Positions 1 to 12,400 of a stretch of 64,000 nucleotides of DNA are shown here, piece by piece. How positions within the stretch are numbered: the stretch's first letter is position 1; every line of letters begins with the position of its first letter. The stretch is from Bacteroidales bacterium (lineage in GTDB: Bacteria; Bacteroidota; Bacteroidia; Bacteroidales; NBLH01): positions 2,739 to 66,738 of the forward strand of contig JBNKJW010000181.1 of assembly GCA_050291445.1 (NCBI GenBank), read 5' to 3'. Below the pieces are notes generated by a model that saw nothing but the letters and a program-made list of their open reading frames with translations, did not search any database and was not told the origin of the DNA. Made by a program: the position numbers and the translations under genes.

Positions 1-205
1 TGACAAATTGGTTTACAATTTTCTTTTCGCTAAGAATGTTGCAATGTAAATAAAATTCAAATTTACGAAGGTCATATCTATGCAAAAGCCTGGAGGTTAA
101 ATTAAAAACCACCCATCGGAAATTCCAAAGGGTGGCTCAATTCTATTTAACTAAAAATAATCAATCAAGCCCTTTTTTACTGTAGCAGACAAGATGATTA
201 TGTGA

Positions 206-553
206 TCACAACTCAAATTCAACAACTACACTCCATTCACTAAAGCCTTGATTATGAACAAGTAACGAAATATTTTTCATTTCTCCAGGTTGCAAACTTC
301 CAGGCCTTGTAGGGCCTAATTCAACTGCATTGGATAAATAAATTTCAATCCTGATATTAGAAATGATTTTGTTAGTGGTGTTTTCGATAAAACCAATAAA
401 AGAGCTGGTTGGAGCATGGTAACTCACTATTACATGAAGCCCGTCAATTTCCTGTTCGTAATTTTCATTAACCTTTAGTTGATCTCCTAATTCCTGAACA
501 TTTTCATCCAGATTATTTGGTATTAGCAAATCAGGTTTAACTTCTTTAAACAT
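206..553 (-). CDS. Hypothetical protein (FxLYD-like small beta domain)
   Basis: 115 aa ORF; the segment FIGFIENTT...IRIEIYLSNAVELGPT..GSLQPGE resembles FxLYD-type domains; no signal peptide visible. Confidence 0.5.
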   Translation of the reverse strand: MFKEVKPDLLIPNNLDENVQELGDQLKVNENYEQEIDGLHVIVSYHAPTSSFIGFIENTTNKIISNIRIEIYLSNAVELGPTRPGSLQPGEMKNISLLVHNQGFSEWSVVVEFEL

Positions 554-828
554 AGTATCAGTTTTTGTTCTTTAGTTTTTATACACAATAAAGTAGTATT
601 CCCCCTATAGCAACCTTTTATTTTTTATAATTTGTTTTAATACCTGGTAAAATTTGGTGACATAAACTGTTCTTTTATTTATAAACCAACTTTTTCATAA
701 TTTGGTTGCTTCTCAGCAAAACTCATTTGCCCTTATTTATTTATATTCCGAATTGAAGAGGGTTTACCCTACTTTAATTCAAACTTTATTGATAATATTT
801 TATATCATTGCATCAAAAAATTAATACT

Positions 829-1617
829 ATGTGCATCATCCTTTTCGCCTATAAAACTCATCCAAAATACAAACTCATCCTTGCCTCAAACAGGGACGAG
901 TTTTACAAGCGCCCCACAGAACCATTGGCGCAATGGGTTAATAATGAGGATATTATTGCAGGAAAAGACCAGCAAGATGGCGGAACATGGATGGGTGTAA
1001 CAAAAAATGGCAGGTTTTCGGCACTAACCAATTATCGCGATTTATCAAGAATTAAAGACAAAGCACCTTCAAGAGGTTTTTTGGTCAGTAATTTTCTTCA
1101 GGAAAGGGAAAGACCTGAAAAATACCTAAAAAAAACTCGAAAAAAAGCTCACTTGTACAATGATTTTAACTTGTTGGTTGGCGATAAAGATGACCTGTAC
1201 TATTTTTCGAATGTTAACAATGAAATAATTGAAATTGAGCCTGGCATTTATGGCCTTAGCAACCATTTATTAAACACACCCTGGCCCAAAGTACAAAAGG
1301 GTAAACAAAAGTTAGCAAACCTTATCAAAAAAGATGAAATTGATACAAATGCAATCCTGGAATTGTTAAGCGATACTTCTACCCCACCCGACTGCGAATT
1401 GCCCGATACCGGAGTTGACCTGGAATGGGAAAGGGCACTCTCCCCTATTTTCATAAAAACACCAAATTATGGAACAAGGGCTTCTTCTATTCTTTTAATT
1501 AGCCACAAAAATGAAATAACTTTTACTGAAAAATCCTTTATTCAAAAAAGGACTAATGAATTTGATAGTTCGATGATGACTTTTGCTTTCAACAGTCTTA
1601 TCAGGATAAGTACATGA
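829..1617 (+). CDS. NRDE/TANGO2 family protein
   Basis: MCII...LASNRDEFY N-terminus with N-terminal Cys, GGTW, YGTRASS motifs; true start is the ATG at 829, not 808. Confidence 0.9.
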   Translation: MCIILFAYKTHPKYKLILASNRDEFYKRPTEPLAQWVNNEDIIAGKDQQDGGTWMGVTKNGRFSALTNYRDLSRIKDKAPSRGFLVSNFLQERERPEKYLKKTRKKAHLYNDFNLLVGDKDDLYYFSNVNNEIIEIEPGIYGLSNHLLNTPWPKVQKGKQKLANLIKKDEIDTNAILELLSDTSTPPDCELPDTGVDLEWERALSPIFIKTPNYGTRASSILLISHKNEITFTEKSFIQKRTNEFDSSMMTFAFNSLIRIST

Positions 1618-1635
1618 TTATCAATCCAATAACCG

Positions 1636-2079
1636 TCATCCACCTCCATTAATTTTCACTTTTAACCAAAGCTGCTCCCATCTTTCCAACTTTTCGTCAG
1701 GTGCTAAAAGTTTTGGTGAGACAGTTGTTGAAGGAAGCATTTTTTCAGCTTCAATTAATAAATTAGCATTAACAGCACCTTTTAAAATATTATTTTCAAA
1801 TTGATAAACAACTGCTATAATATTGCCACAAACATCACAACATAAAAATTGGGCTTGTTCAGAGCCTTGTTTAATTATGGTAAAATCACCCTGATAACTA
1901 ACATTTAGTTGCCCTTTGGGATCTGATAAATAAGCCAGCTGATGTTGTACACAAAAATTACAATCACAAGCTCTTGGGCTATAGCTTTCCAATTTTTCAG
2001 GCAATTTCAACGAAAAAACAGCTTTTTTGCAGCTACATTTTCCCTGATAGTTGATCATTTGCATTGTATGTAAAGTCAA
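1636..2079 (-). CDS. GFA/CENP-V family zinc-binding protein
   Basis: GKCSC, CDCNFC, CDVCG cysteine pattern; start may be a few codons downstream. Confidence 0.8.
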   Translation of the reverse strand: MTLHTMQMINYQGKCSCKKAVFSLKLPEKLESYSPRACDCNFCVQHQLAYLSDPKGQLNVSYQGDFTIIKQGSEQAQFLCCDVCGNIIAVVYQFENNILKGAVNANLLIEAEKMLPSTTVSPKLLAPDEKLERWEQLWLKVKINGGG

Positions 2080-2718
2080 TTAAATTGAGGAACCTACAAA
2101 AACCATATTGGCAAACTCATCCTTTGAGTTCTTAACAGGAACCATTTTCCAGCTGGCTTTTTGACCAAAAATCTCATCATCAAACGAGACTATCTTAACA
2201 TCGTTTATTCCTTGCAGAATTTGTCCCTTATTTTCATCCGCGAACTTGCTAATCAAGCTGATTTTTTCTTTTTCATAATCCTGCACAAACCAGTTAGATG
2301 CATGTAAATTATGCCATTCAATGTTTCCTTTTGCATCGGTGATATAAACCTGCCTGTCGATGTAATTAAAAATATTGATGATTTTAACCAGCTGATCTTT
2401 TGTTGAATTAAGTACTTCATTTTGCATAAGAATTACGCTGCTTACTTTTCTTATTTTTCTGCCATAAAAAACAGTAGTAAACACTAGCAATGCCATCATC
2501 ACAACAAAGCTTACGGCAAAAATATTTCGCAACAGCTTTTGATGTTCAACCTCGTTATTGGTTAAATAATCAGACTGATCGTTTAACATGGAATCGATGT
2601 TGTTAGACAAGGACTGTTTTATTGAGTCATTTTGCTGATAATTAACACTTTGAGACAATGCATTGGTAGTTACTAAAACACTTAAAAAAAACAAAGTTAT
2701 TAAGACCCGATAATTCAT
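2080..2718 (-). CDS. Membrane protein with C-terminal PAS-like domain
   Basis: Signal peptide, one TM helix (IFAVSFVVMMALLVFTTVFY), then VYITDAKGNIEWHN PAS-like start; no kinase domain. Confidence 0.6.
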   Translation of the reverse strand: MNYRVLITLFFLSVLVTTNALSQSVNYQQNDSIKQSLSNNIDSMLNDQSDYLTNNEVEHQKLLRNIFAVSFVVMMALLVFTTVFYGRKIRKVSSVILMQNEVLNSTKDQLVKIINIFNYIDRQVYITDAKGNIEWHNLHASNWFVQDYEKEKISLISKFADENKGQILQGINDVKIVSFDDEIFGQKASWKMVPVKNSKDEFANMVFVGSSI

Positions 2719-2888
2719 ATAGCAATTATTTTTATTGAATAACCGGCAGTTTACACCCAGGCCATGTTTTCATACTGAAAGTCAATTTACGGTTGGTATA
2801 AACTACCACAGAATCAATTTATTTTTTCCGAAAGTAAGCTTATTTCAAGAATAAAGCAAAGAAAAGTTTACTTTTCAAGGAAATAGCA

Positions 2889-3422
2889 TTATTCCAGGGA
2901 AAATTCTCTAACGCGCTCTAATGAAATATGATCTCCCTCATCTTTTCCATAGTAGGCCTCATAAATAAGTCCATCCCTACCTACCAGAAAATCAGCAGGC
3001 ATGGTAATCAAACTCCCTTTAAAACTTAACGGAACGTAACCTTTAAAAAGTCCTTTCATTAAAGCAGGAAACCTGGCTATCATTCCTTTAAGCATGCCCA
3101 AAACTGATTTTTCAATGCCGTACTTTTTGTAATAAATATTTTTTTCATCAGCCAATATTGCAAACGGAGCTTTGTGCCTTTTTGTATGTTTGGTTAAGTG
3201 GTCAAGTGGCGAATCGAAAATTGCCACGATGGTAAAATCTTCGCCAAATTCGCTGAATTTATTCACTAGCTGGTTCACCCGCAGGTTACAGAACGGACAA
3301 GTAGCAAAACGAAAAAATGAAATCATATAGGGTTTTCCGTTTAGTGACTCGGTGGTAAAGTTAAAACCTTCAATGGATGGTAAATTAATAGTTAAAGCCT
3401 TATTGTTTTTCGTTATCCTCAT
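2889..3422 (-). CDS. Peroxiredoxin-like AhpC/TSA (redoxin) family protein
   Basis: FFRFATCPFCN CxxC motif, PADFLV, YYGKDEGDH. Confidence 0.8.
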   Translation of the reverse strand: MRITKNNKALTINLPSIEGFNFTTESLNGKPYMISFFRFATCPFCNLRVNQLVNKFSEFGEDFTIVAIFDSPLDHLTKHTKRHKAPFAILADEKNIYYKKYGIEKSVLGMLKGMIARFPALMKGLFKGYVPLSFKGSLITMPADFLVGRDGLIYEAYYGKDEGDHISLERVREFSLE

Positions 3423-3486
3423 TTCATTAAGATTTAATTTATACTAAGCCAGTATGGAACATTGCAAATCGGAATTCCATAATGGC

Positions 3487-3566
3487 TTTGTATATGCCGA
3501 TCGGCTGGCAGTTTTGGTTTGAGAGCTTGCGAAGCAAACCAAATACTAACAGCAGTTCGGTATAGA
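3487..3566 (+). repeat. ~80 bp dispersed intergenic repeat, copy 1
   Basis: tttgtatatgccgatcggctggcagttttggtttgagagcttgcgaagcaaacc is nearly the reverse complement of 16243-16295. Confidence 0.8.
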
Positions 3567-3691
3567 TTGCGCAAAACTATTTAACCTTAACAAAACAAAT
3601 TGTCACTTATATTACAATTATTTATATCAACTCACTTCATCTTCTAAAAAGAACTGATTAGGCGGTTGTTTACCAGTACATCGTACTTAAA

Positions 3692-3790
3692 GGCTGAAAA
3701 TCAATTTGTTCACCCCATCCGCCAGTTGGCGGAAGCAAATTGATTTTCTTAACACCCTTTAGGGCTGGGGTAATAAGGAAATCAATTTGC
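3692..3790. repeat. REP-like palindromic element
   Basis: gaaaatcaatttg...ccgccagttggcgg...caaattgattttc nested inverted repeats, followed by cccttt-agggctgggg. Confidence 0.55.
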
Positions 3791-3814
3791 TTTTTGTGGT
3801 AAACAACCGCACAT

Positions 3815-5044
3815 TCATAAAAAAAACAACGAACTATCACCATAACTTAAAAAGCGATAGTTATTCGCCAGGGCATAATTATAAACATCCTTCCACTTTT
3901 GGCCAATTACGGCAGCAATTAGCAGTAACAAGGTGCTTTGCGGCTGATGAAAATTGGTTACTAAACCATTAATAACTTTAAATTTATAACCCGGAACAAT
4001 AATAATACGTGTTGAAGCAGGTAAAATAGTTATTTGATTAATCTCCATATACCTTTTTATTGCCCCAAATGAGGTTTGTAAATCAATATCACCATTTTTC
4101 TCATAAACTTCCCACTGACTTATTAAAAATGGTTCAGGTTCTTTATTAATTAGCTTCACCCCTATCCAATATAGACTTTCTAGGGTTCTTACTGATGTGG
4201 TGCCAACAGAAATAACCCTTCCAGTATTTTTTAGAAGCTGATCCAACACCTCCATTTTAATTTCAAAGTGCTCTTCGTGCATTTCATGCCCTTCAATGGT
4301 ATTGCTTTTGACCGGGCGAAAAGTTCCCGCACTTACATGCAGAGTAACTTCCTGGGTTTTTATTCCTTTTTCGGTAAGGTTTTTAAAAACCTTTTCAGTA
4401 AAATGCAGGCCAGCTGTTGGGGCTGCAACCGATCCTTTTTGCTTGGCATAAACGGTCTGGTATCGGTCTTTATCAGCTTTTTCAGCCTTTCTGTTGAGGT
4501 AGGGCGGCAAAGGTGTTGAACCAGTGTTCTCAAGAATTTCACCAAAAGTCAAACCCCTTACAACAACCTCACTATCAAAAACTTGCCATTCAAAACTAAT
4601 AATTACAGCATTACCTGAAGCAGCTAATTTACTGGCCCTTAACTCATACTCAATGCCATTAATTTCAATAGTTTTACGCAAATATCCTTCTTTCCACTTT
4701 TTTAAATTTCCCACCAGGCATTTCCATTCGCACTGCCCTGTTGCCTGAAATGCTAAATTATAATCAGCAGGTTGGTAAGGTTCCAGGCAAAATATTTCAA
4801 TATTGGCACCGGTTTCCTTTTTAAAAGCCATTCGGGCCTGAATCACCTTTGCATTATTAAAAACCAATAAATCCTCCGAGTTTAGTAATTCTGGCAATTT
4901 CTTAAACGCAGTTGTTTTAATAGTATCATCTGCAAAATGCAATAAATTTGACTCGTCCCTTTTTTCTTTCGGATATTTTGCAATCCTTTCTTCAGGAAGA
5001 TTGTAGGTATAATCCTCAATTCTTATGCTTTTAAAATCTTTCAT
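3815..5044 (-). CDS. queA: S-adenosylmethionine:tRNA ribosyltransferase-isomerase
   Basis: LPEERIA, PLPPY, YQTVYA, GSVAAPTAGLHF, VGTTSVRTLE, TNFHQP, FLSYGD motifs. Confidence 0.97.
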   Translation of the reverse strand: MKDFKSIRIEDYTYNLPEERIAKYPKEKRDESNLLHFADDTIKTTAFKKLPELLNSEDLLVFNNAKVIQARMAFKKETGANIEIFCLEPYQPADYNLAFQATGQCEWKCLVGNLKKWKEGYLRKTIEINGIEYELRASKLAASGNAVIISFEWQVFDSEVVVRGLTFGEILENTGSTPLPPYLNRKAEKADKDRYQTVYAKQKGSVAAPTAGLHFTEKVFKNLTEKGIKTQEVTLHVSAGTFRPVKSNTIEGHEMHEEHFEIKMEVLDQLLKNTGRVISVGTTSVRTLESLYWIGVKLINKEPEPFLISQWEVYEKNGDIDLQTSFGAIKRYMEINQITILPASTRIIIVPGYKFKVINGLVTNFHQPQSTLLLLIAAVIGQKWKDVYNYALANNYRFLSYGDSSLFFL

Positions 5045-5052
5045 TGTGGCTG

Positions 5053-5098
5053 CAAAAATAAAAATATTTATTCATCAAGCCACTTTTGATTAACTTTG
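5053..5098. promoter_or_regulatory. Divergent Bacteroidota -7 promoter elements for queA (-) and the smr gene (+)
   Basis: TATTTTTG on - strand (5053-5060) and TAACTTTG on + strand (5091-5098) match TAnnTTTG. Confidence 0.65.
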
Positions 5099-5126
5099 CA
5101 TTCTAATAATCAAAATACAACAAAAA

Positions 5127-6179
5127 ATGAAATTCAACATAGGCGACAGAGTACGTTTTTTAAATGATGTAGGCGGTGGGAAAGTAGTAAAATACATTGA
5201 TAATGAAACAGTTGCAGTTTTAAATCAGGATGATTTTGAAATCCCTGTTTTAATGAGTGAACTAATCCTGGATCAGGCACCTGAATATGTCAGTTCAGGT
5301 AATTCAACAGCACAAAACACAGTTTCTCAAAGTGGAGGATCAACATCTGTTCAGCAAGAACCTGAAGATGACTATGTAAAAGAAGACGATACAATAGCTG
5401 TTTTTCTTGCATTTGTACCAAAAAATCAGAAAAACAAAGTGGATAGTGCTTTGACCTTGCATTTAATTAATGACAGCAACTACAAAGTATTTGCAAATGT
5501 GCTGTTGCAATATGGTGCTTATCATGTAAGCCACCCAAAATCGATACCTGCCAATTTAAAAATTGAACTTAAAACACTGGAGAAAGAAGAAATTAACGAT
5601 GTTGACTCTATTTCAGTACAGGTAATGTTTTATAAAAACGAACCACATGAGTTAAAACCAATTGTTAATAAAGAAATTAAAATCAACCCATTAAAGTTTT
5701 TTAAAGAAACTACTTATACCGAAAATGATTTCTTTGATGAAAAAGCTCATTTAATTACAATTATTGACGAAAATCAAGCTACTGAAGAAAAGTTCCCTGA
5801 AATTTCTGCTGAAGAGTTGAAAAAAGCAATACAAACCAAGGAGTTTGATAACAAAACATTAAATAAAAAACCAGCATCAAAATCATCGAAGCCATCAGAA
5901 ATAAGAGAAATTGATTTACACATACATGAACTACTGGATAAGCATGATGGCATGAGCCCTCAGGAAATACTTGATTATCAGATGGATTGTTTTAGAAAAG
6001 AAATGCAAAAAGCAATTGCAGATAAGTTTAAAAAAGTAGTTTTTATTCATGGAAAAGGAAATGGCTCGTTAAAATCAGAACTTCGTCGCGAACTAAAACA
6101 TAAATACAGAAAGCACCAGTTTCAGGATGCATCGTTCCAGCAATACGGTTTTGGCGCTACAATGGTGTATATAAAATAG
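5127..6179 (+). CDS. DUF2027/Smr (MutS2-like C-terminal) domain protein
   Basis: N-terminal GDRVRFLNDVGGG; C-terminal IDLH...VFIHGKGNG.L...DASF..YGFGAT Smr motif. Confidence 0.9.
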   Translation: MKFNIGDRVRFLNDVGGGKVVKYIDNETVAVLNQDDFEIPVLMSELILDQAPEYVSSGNSTAQNTVSQSGGSTSVQQEPEDDYVKEDDTIAVFLAFVPKNQKNKVDSALTLHLINDSNYKVFANVLLQYGAYHVSHPKSIPANLKIELKTLEKEEINDVDSISVQVMFYKNEPHELKPIVNKEIKINPLKFFKETTYTENDFFDEKAHLITIIDENQATEEKFPEISAEELKKAIQTKEFDNKTLNKKPASKSSKPSEIREIDLHIHELLDKHDGMSPQEILDYQMDCFRKEMQKAIADKFKKVVFIHGKGNGSLKSELRRELKHKYRKHQFQDASFQQYGFGATMVYIK

Positions 6180-6207
6180 CCATTGGTCAAAAACTTATGA
6201 AAAAACT

Positions 6208-6238
6208 AAAAGACTGCAATATTGCTGGTCTTTTTTTT
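6208..6238 (+). terminator. Rho-independent terminator
   Basis: aaaagac-tgcaatattgctg-gtc hairpin followed by T8, downstream of the smr gene. Confidence 0.7.
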
Positions 6239-6481
6239 GTTTATTTAGCATCGTAAATAAACGCCAGGTTATTTTTAACTTTCCACACACAGTGTTTTGG
6301 TATTAATTTTTTATTTGATTTTTTATCGTAGTGTAACAATCTAAGAATGTACAAGTTAGCTATTGATGTATAGAAGTTGTTTAAATCTGGAATTAATTCT
6401 ACAAAAACTTTTGGCTTGATCTGCCGTATAACAGGGTAAATTTTAATCTACTTAAATCACTAATTATTAAGAAATTAAATA

Positions 6482-9400
6482 ATGCTTAACTTTCGCAGAA
6501 AAAACACCGCTTTTTCCTTTTTAAGGAATATTCTACTTTTTTCATTGATTTTGGTTTCTTCAAGTGTACTAAAGGCACAAAACTGCACCGTAAACGCCGG
6601 TATACCGGCAACAATTTGCGACAATGAAACAATGCAGTTACAGGGAAACTCTACAGGGTTATTTACTACAACCGCAAGTTGGTCGCAAGTAGGCGGTCCT
6701 TCAGTAAGTATCGCAGATCCTAACAACTTAAACTCCACGGTTACTGGATATGCAAGTGGTCAAGCCTACACTTTCCGCATTTCAGCAACTTGCCAGGATG
6801 GCGTAAATGTGTATGATGAAGTCACCATTGATGTGAACCCAGTTACAGAAGCTAATGCAAGTGTAGATCAACAAAGTTGTCCTGGTACAGAAATTATTAC
6901 ATTAAATGGAAATAGTCCAGGAGTGAATGAAACAGGCCAATGGACAATCCAATCTAATGGAGGAAGTGTTGGAGGCTTAACAGCGTCAGATCCCAACTCT
7001 ACACTTAACCTGCCAGAAACAGATGCAGGAAACAGTATACTTAGATGGTCCATTAATCATTCTAATGGATGCTCTTCTTACGATGAAGTTTTAATAACAA
7101 ATTATGGCGGAGTATTACCAGTTTCAGCAGGAAATGATCAGACTTTAGGCAATTGTTATACCACAACACAATCCACCAACCTGTCTGGCTCTTATGCAGG
7201 AGATGGTTCAGGCGGTCAACAAGGTACCTGGAGCTTGGTATCTGGCCCCAATTACCCGACAATTGCTAATGCAAATAACAGAAATACAGCAGTTTCGAAC
7301 CTTGTAGAAGGGGTTTATGTATTTCGCTGGGAAGTAACTGGCCCCTGTGCAAGTGGTAGCGACGAGGTAACGATTACAGTTCCAGGTGCAACACAAGGTG
7401 TTACCAGTGCCGATGCCCCTAATCAAAGATTTTGCTATGGAGCAACCACAGCAATTCTTGAAGGCGCTATTCCACAATATGCAAATGAGGTAGGTACCTG
7501 GGTTCAGACAGGCGGTCCAGCTGCAATCATTACCAGCTCAAATAACGCTACCACCAGTGTAACTGGCCTGGATGGTAGTAGCACTTACGTTTTTTCTTAT
7601 ACAATAACCAACTCAAATACAGGCTGTTCAACTACCCATAATAATATTTATATAAGATACACAACAGCCCCTACTATTGATATAGGAGCAGACCAGGTAT
7701 TAGACTGTGGAGTCAATTCAGTAACTATTTCTCCATCAGTTACCGGAGGAACAAATACAAGGTATAAAATCATAAGTGGGCCTCTTACCTCTCCAGTATG
7801 GATTGGTGATAATAGTGCCAATGTGACTATCAATGGTCTTAATCAGGAAGGAACTTATACTATTCAATTTGAAAGATACAGTGTTGGCTCAGGTTGTTCA
7901 TCAGCTTTTGATGTAGTAAATGTTTCAGTTGCTGATGCCGCTACGGCATCAAATGCAGGTACTGACCAAAACCTTGCTTGTAATATAGTGGAAACAGATT
8001 TGGCTGGTAATGCTCCTTCGGAAGGAATAGGTACATGGTCGCAGGTAAGTGGTCCAAATACAGCTAATATTTATGATGTTTACGATCGTTCCTCACACAT
8101 TGACAACCTTATTGAAGGTCAGTATGTTTTCAGATGGGTAATTTCAGGCGGCAATAGTTGTTCGGTTGAGCAGGATGAAGTTATTGTAAATGTAGCCACC
8201 TCTAATCCAGCAGCGGCCGCAGGAAATGACCGAACAGTGTGTCACTCCACCGAAGTTATTCTGGAAGGAAACACCCCCAAAGAGGGTGCAGTAGGCGAAT
8301 GGTCGGTTACTCCAAATACAGGTGTTACCTTCTCAAATATAAATGACCCAAGTGCTTCGGTTTTTGGGATGCAGGCAAACACCGCTTACACATTCACCTG
8401 GACAATTACCAATCAGTGCCAGGTGGAAAGCGCTGATGTAGTTATTACTACAGGAAATATGGCAGGTCCCAGTCCGGCATTTGCTGGCCCCGACCAATGT
8501 GAAGCCACCGGCACCATCACTCTAAGTATGGATGGGAATTCCCCTCTTGTTGGTCAGGGATTATGGACAGTTTTAAGTGGACCAAACAGCCCTACAATTA
8601 CCGACAACACTTTGCCAACTACTAGTGTCACTGGAATGGTTGATGGTCATTACGAAATTGAATGGTCTATTAATGTTCCTGGATGTGTTTCAACAAGAGA
8701 TACCATTGTTGCATCCATAGTTTCAGCAGTAACACAATCAAATGCAGGGGCGGACAAAAGTATTTGTGGATCAGCCATTTCTTTATCTGTAAATGAGCCT
8801 GCATTGAACGAGACAGGCCATTGGGAACAGGTTCTAGGTAGCTCAGGTTATACAGTTTCTAATATAAATGATTACAATGTCACTTTTACAGATCTTTTGC
8901 CAGGAAGATACGAATTTGCCTGGGTAATTGAAAAAGGAGTTTGTCCTTCAAGTTCAGATACACTGGTCCTGACGGTGACCCAGCAACCAGATGTTTCAAT
9001 TACTGCCTCCGATTACGCCGTTTGTAGTGCAACAACTGCTACTTTGGCCGCAAACAACCCTAATTCGGGGACTGGTGTTTGGTCAGTTGTCGGACAATCA
9101 ACCAATCAACCAAATATTGCCTCTGTCAGCAGTCCTACAACAACCGTATCAAACTTAGCAACAGGAACTTACAATTTCAGATGGACGATAACTTCAGGTC
9201 CTGATTGTGCAGAAGAAATTGACGAAATTACTATACAAGTATCGGCTCCGGCAGTTGCCGATCCAAATCAGACATTATGTAACGTCACCGAAACCTTTTT
9301 GGAAGGAACCGAAGGTACAGATGGGGTTTGGTCGATATCAACTTCCAACACTGGAAATCCAATACCTTTAATATCTAACACAAGTGTACATACTGCCAAT

Positions 9401-12400
9401 GTTTCCGGAATGGGATTAGATGAAACCTATTGGTTCACTTACACAGTTCCTGCAATATATGGATGTTCTGAAACACAAGACAGCTTAACAGTGAGTACTT
9501 CACCCCATGGAACAGATCCGGATGCAGGGCCAGATCAGGAAATATGTACCAACGGGGGAAACAGCGTGACAATGGAAGCTAATGCACCAGATACAGGAAT
9601 TGGAAGCTGGAATCAATTAAGCGGTCCAAATTCCGCCAACATTGTAAATGCAGCCTCAAACATAACAGCAATTAACAATTTAATTGCTGGAATTTATGTT
9701 TTTGAATGGAACGTGGAATATGGAAATTGTGGCAATTACAGCGATATTGTGAGAATTACAGTCAACGATCCACCAACAACAGCAGATGCCGGCACCGATC
9801 AGGTAAATGCCTGCCAGTTTGATGCCCAGCTCTCTGGTAATTTACCTTCGGCAGGAATTGGTGTTTGGACATTGATCAGTGCTCCTACAGCAAGTGCAAC
9901 AACGGCAATTGTAATTGATAATCCAAATTTACCAAACTCTACCATCTCAAACATCACAGATTTAGGTGATTATGAATTTATGTGGACAACTACAAACGGC
10001 TCTGTATGCGCAGCAAGTATGGATAATGTCATTCTCACTTTTACAGCGGATCCTCCAACAGCACCAAATGCTGGATCAGATCAGGATTTATGCGATGCCA
10101 CAAGTTTTAAAATGGCAGGAAATAATCCGGCAATTGGCACAGGAACCTGGTCGCAAATTTCAGGACCAGGAGGAATCTTGATTACAAACCCTGATAGCTA
10201 CAATACAACAATAACAAACGTTTCGGCTGGAACATACGAATTTCAATGGGAAATAGTTCACGGAGGTTGTACTTTAACTGATAATGTAACTATCATCAAT
10301 AACACAACACCATCCGCTGCTGATGCTTCAGGAACCGACCCTGAGATATGTCAGTTTGATTCACCTCAATTGGTAGGAAGTGAACCATCTCCAGGAACCG
10401 GAGTTTGGTCGTTTGTATCAGGCCCAACAACACCAATAATTAGCACCCCGGTAAGCACTTTGTCAAATGTAACCGGAACATCAACAGGAACATACACCTT
10501 TAGATGGACAGTATCAAATGGTGCCTGTGCCAGCTCAAGCGATGATATTGCAGTAACCATAGTAAACAATCCTGTAACAAACATAACTGTGTCAGGGAAT
10601 ACGGTTTGTGATGGAGCAGATGCAACAGTGACAATTTCTTCTTCTGAAAATTTAATTAACTATGAATTATTCATTGGAGGCAACTCTGTGGCAACAGGAA
10701 CAGGTGATGGAGGAGACATTGATATTACTGTACCAGCATCAGAAATTAGTGTTGGACTAAATTACGTAGATATTACAGCAACAAATTCAACAGGGTGCGC
10801 AGTTAATCTGGATAATCAAGCCACAATTGCTGTGAATGCAACCCCTGTGCAAACAAATCCAGTTTCTAATGACGAAGTTTGCGAAAATTCAATAGCTACT
10901 ATCACTATTTCAACTTCTGTATCAGGAGTAAGATATGAAGCCTACTCTGGTGTAACCCTTGTTGGAACAGAAAATGGAAACGGAGGAGATCTGGATATTT
11001 CAATTCCAACAAACGGAAGTTGGGTTGGTTCAAATACAATTTCTTTAATTGCTACTAATACAACTACATCCTGTGTTTCAAATTTAAGTAACAATTCAAC
11101 AATAACGGTAAATGCTAATCCTCTGACAGACAGAATAGTATCGGGCAATACAGCTTGTTTAGGGCAAAATGGTACAGTAACTGTTGAGCTTTCAGAAACC
11201 GGTATCAACTACGAAGCATTTATTGGTGCAACTTCTGTAGGAACAGGCGCAGGAAATGGCGGAGATTTAAGCATTTCAATAAATGGTGGGGATTTTGTTT
11301 TAGGAAATAATACCATTGATCTGGTTGCTACAAATGCAACAAATTCATGCGCATTGCCTTTAACAAATCAGGCCACTGTAGAAGTTGTGAATCCCCCGCT
11401 GATTGACAGATCAGTTAATGGAAATACAGTTTGTCAAAATTCCGATGGTACTGTTACCATTTCAGCTTCAGAAACTGGAGTAACCTATGAATTATACATT
11501 GGCACAACACCTGTTGGAACCGGAATTGGAACTGGTAACGATTTACCAATCACAGTTGGCAGAAGTAATTTAAGTGTTGGAACAAATACAATTCATATTA
11601 CAGCAAGTAATACAGGGTGTACTGAGAGCTTAACAAATCAGGCAACCATTAATGTAAATGCAAATCCAATTGCTTCGCTAAGTATTAATGGAAGTGAGTT
11701 GTGTGATTTATTAAATGGCACAATAACCATAAACTCATCAGAAACGGGAATTGATTACGAAGCATTTATTAGTGGTACTTCAGTATCAACTGGTACTGGT
11801 GATGGGGCTGATTTAGTTTTGACTGTGTTAGCCTCAGATTTAAATATTGGAACAAACAACGTTCAGGTAGTTGCAACTAACTCAATTACCAACTGTTCTG
11901 CCAATATGATTACGACACCTATTATTTCTGTTAATTCTAATCCAAATTATACAGTACTCGCCAAAGGAAGCACTGTTTGTGATGAAGCAAATGCGAGCCT
12001 TACCATAGAATCATCAGAACCTGGAATTAATTACGAAGCATTTATAGGCGCAACTTCTATTGGAATGGCTACGGGAAACGGCAATGACTTGATAATGAAT
12101 GTTTTAGCAGATGATTTAATTGTAGGAAATAATATTGTTGATGTAATTGCAAGTACCTCAAACAACAGTTGTATTGGAGTATTGGATAACCAGGCAACCA
12201 TTTTTGTAAATTCAAATCCATTATCAGACCTTCAAATTGGAGATACCAAAATATGTAACGGAGATACAGCTTACATTACAATAAGTAATTCTGAACAGGA
12301 TATCAGTTATACACTATTTATTAATGATGATTTAGTTGGCAATGCTGATGGCAATGGCTCCACTTTAAAAATTGCAATACCATATAGTTTATATGAAGTA

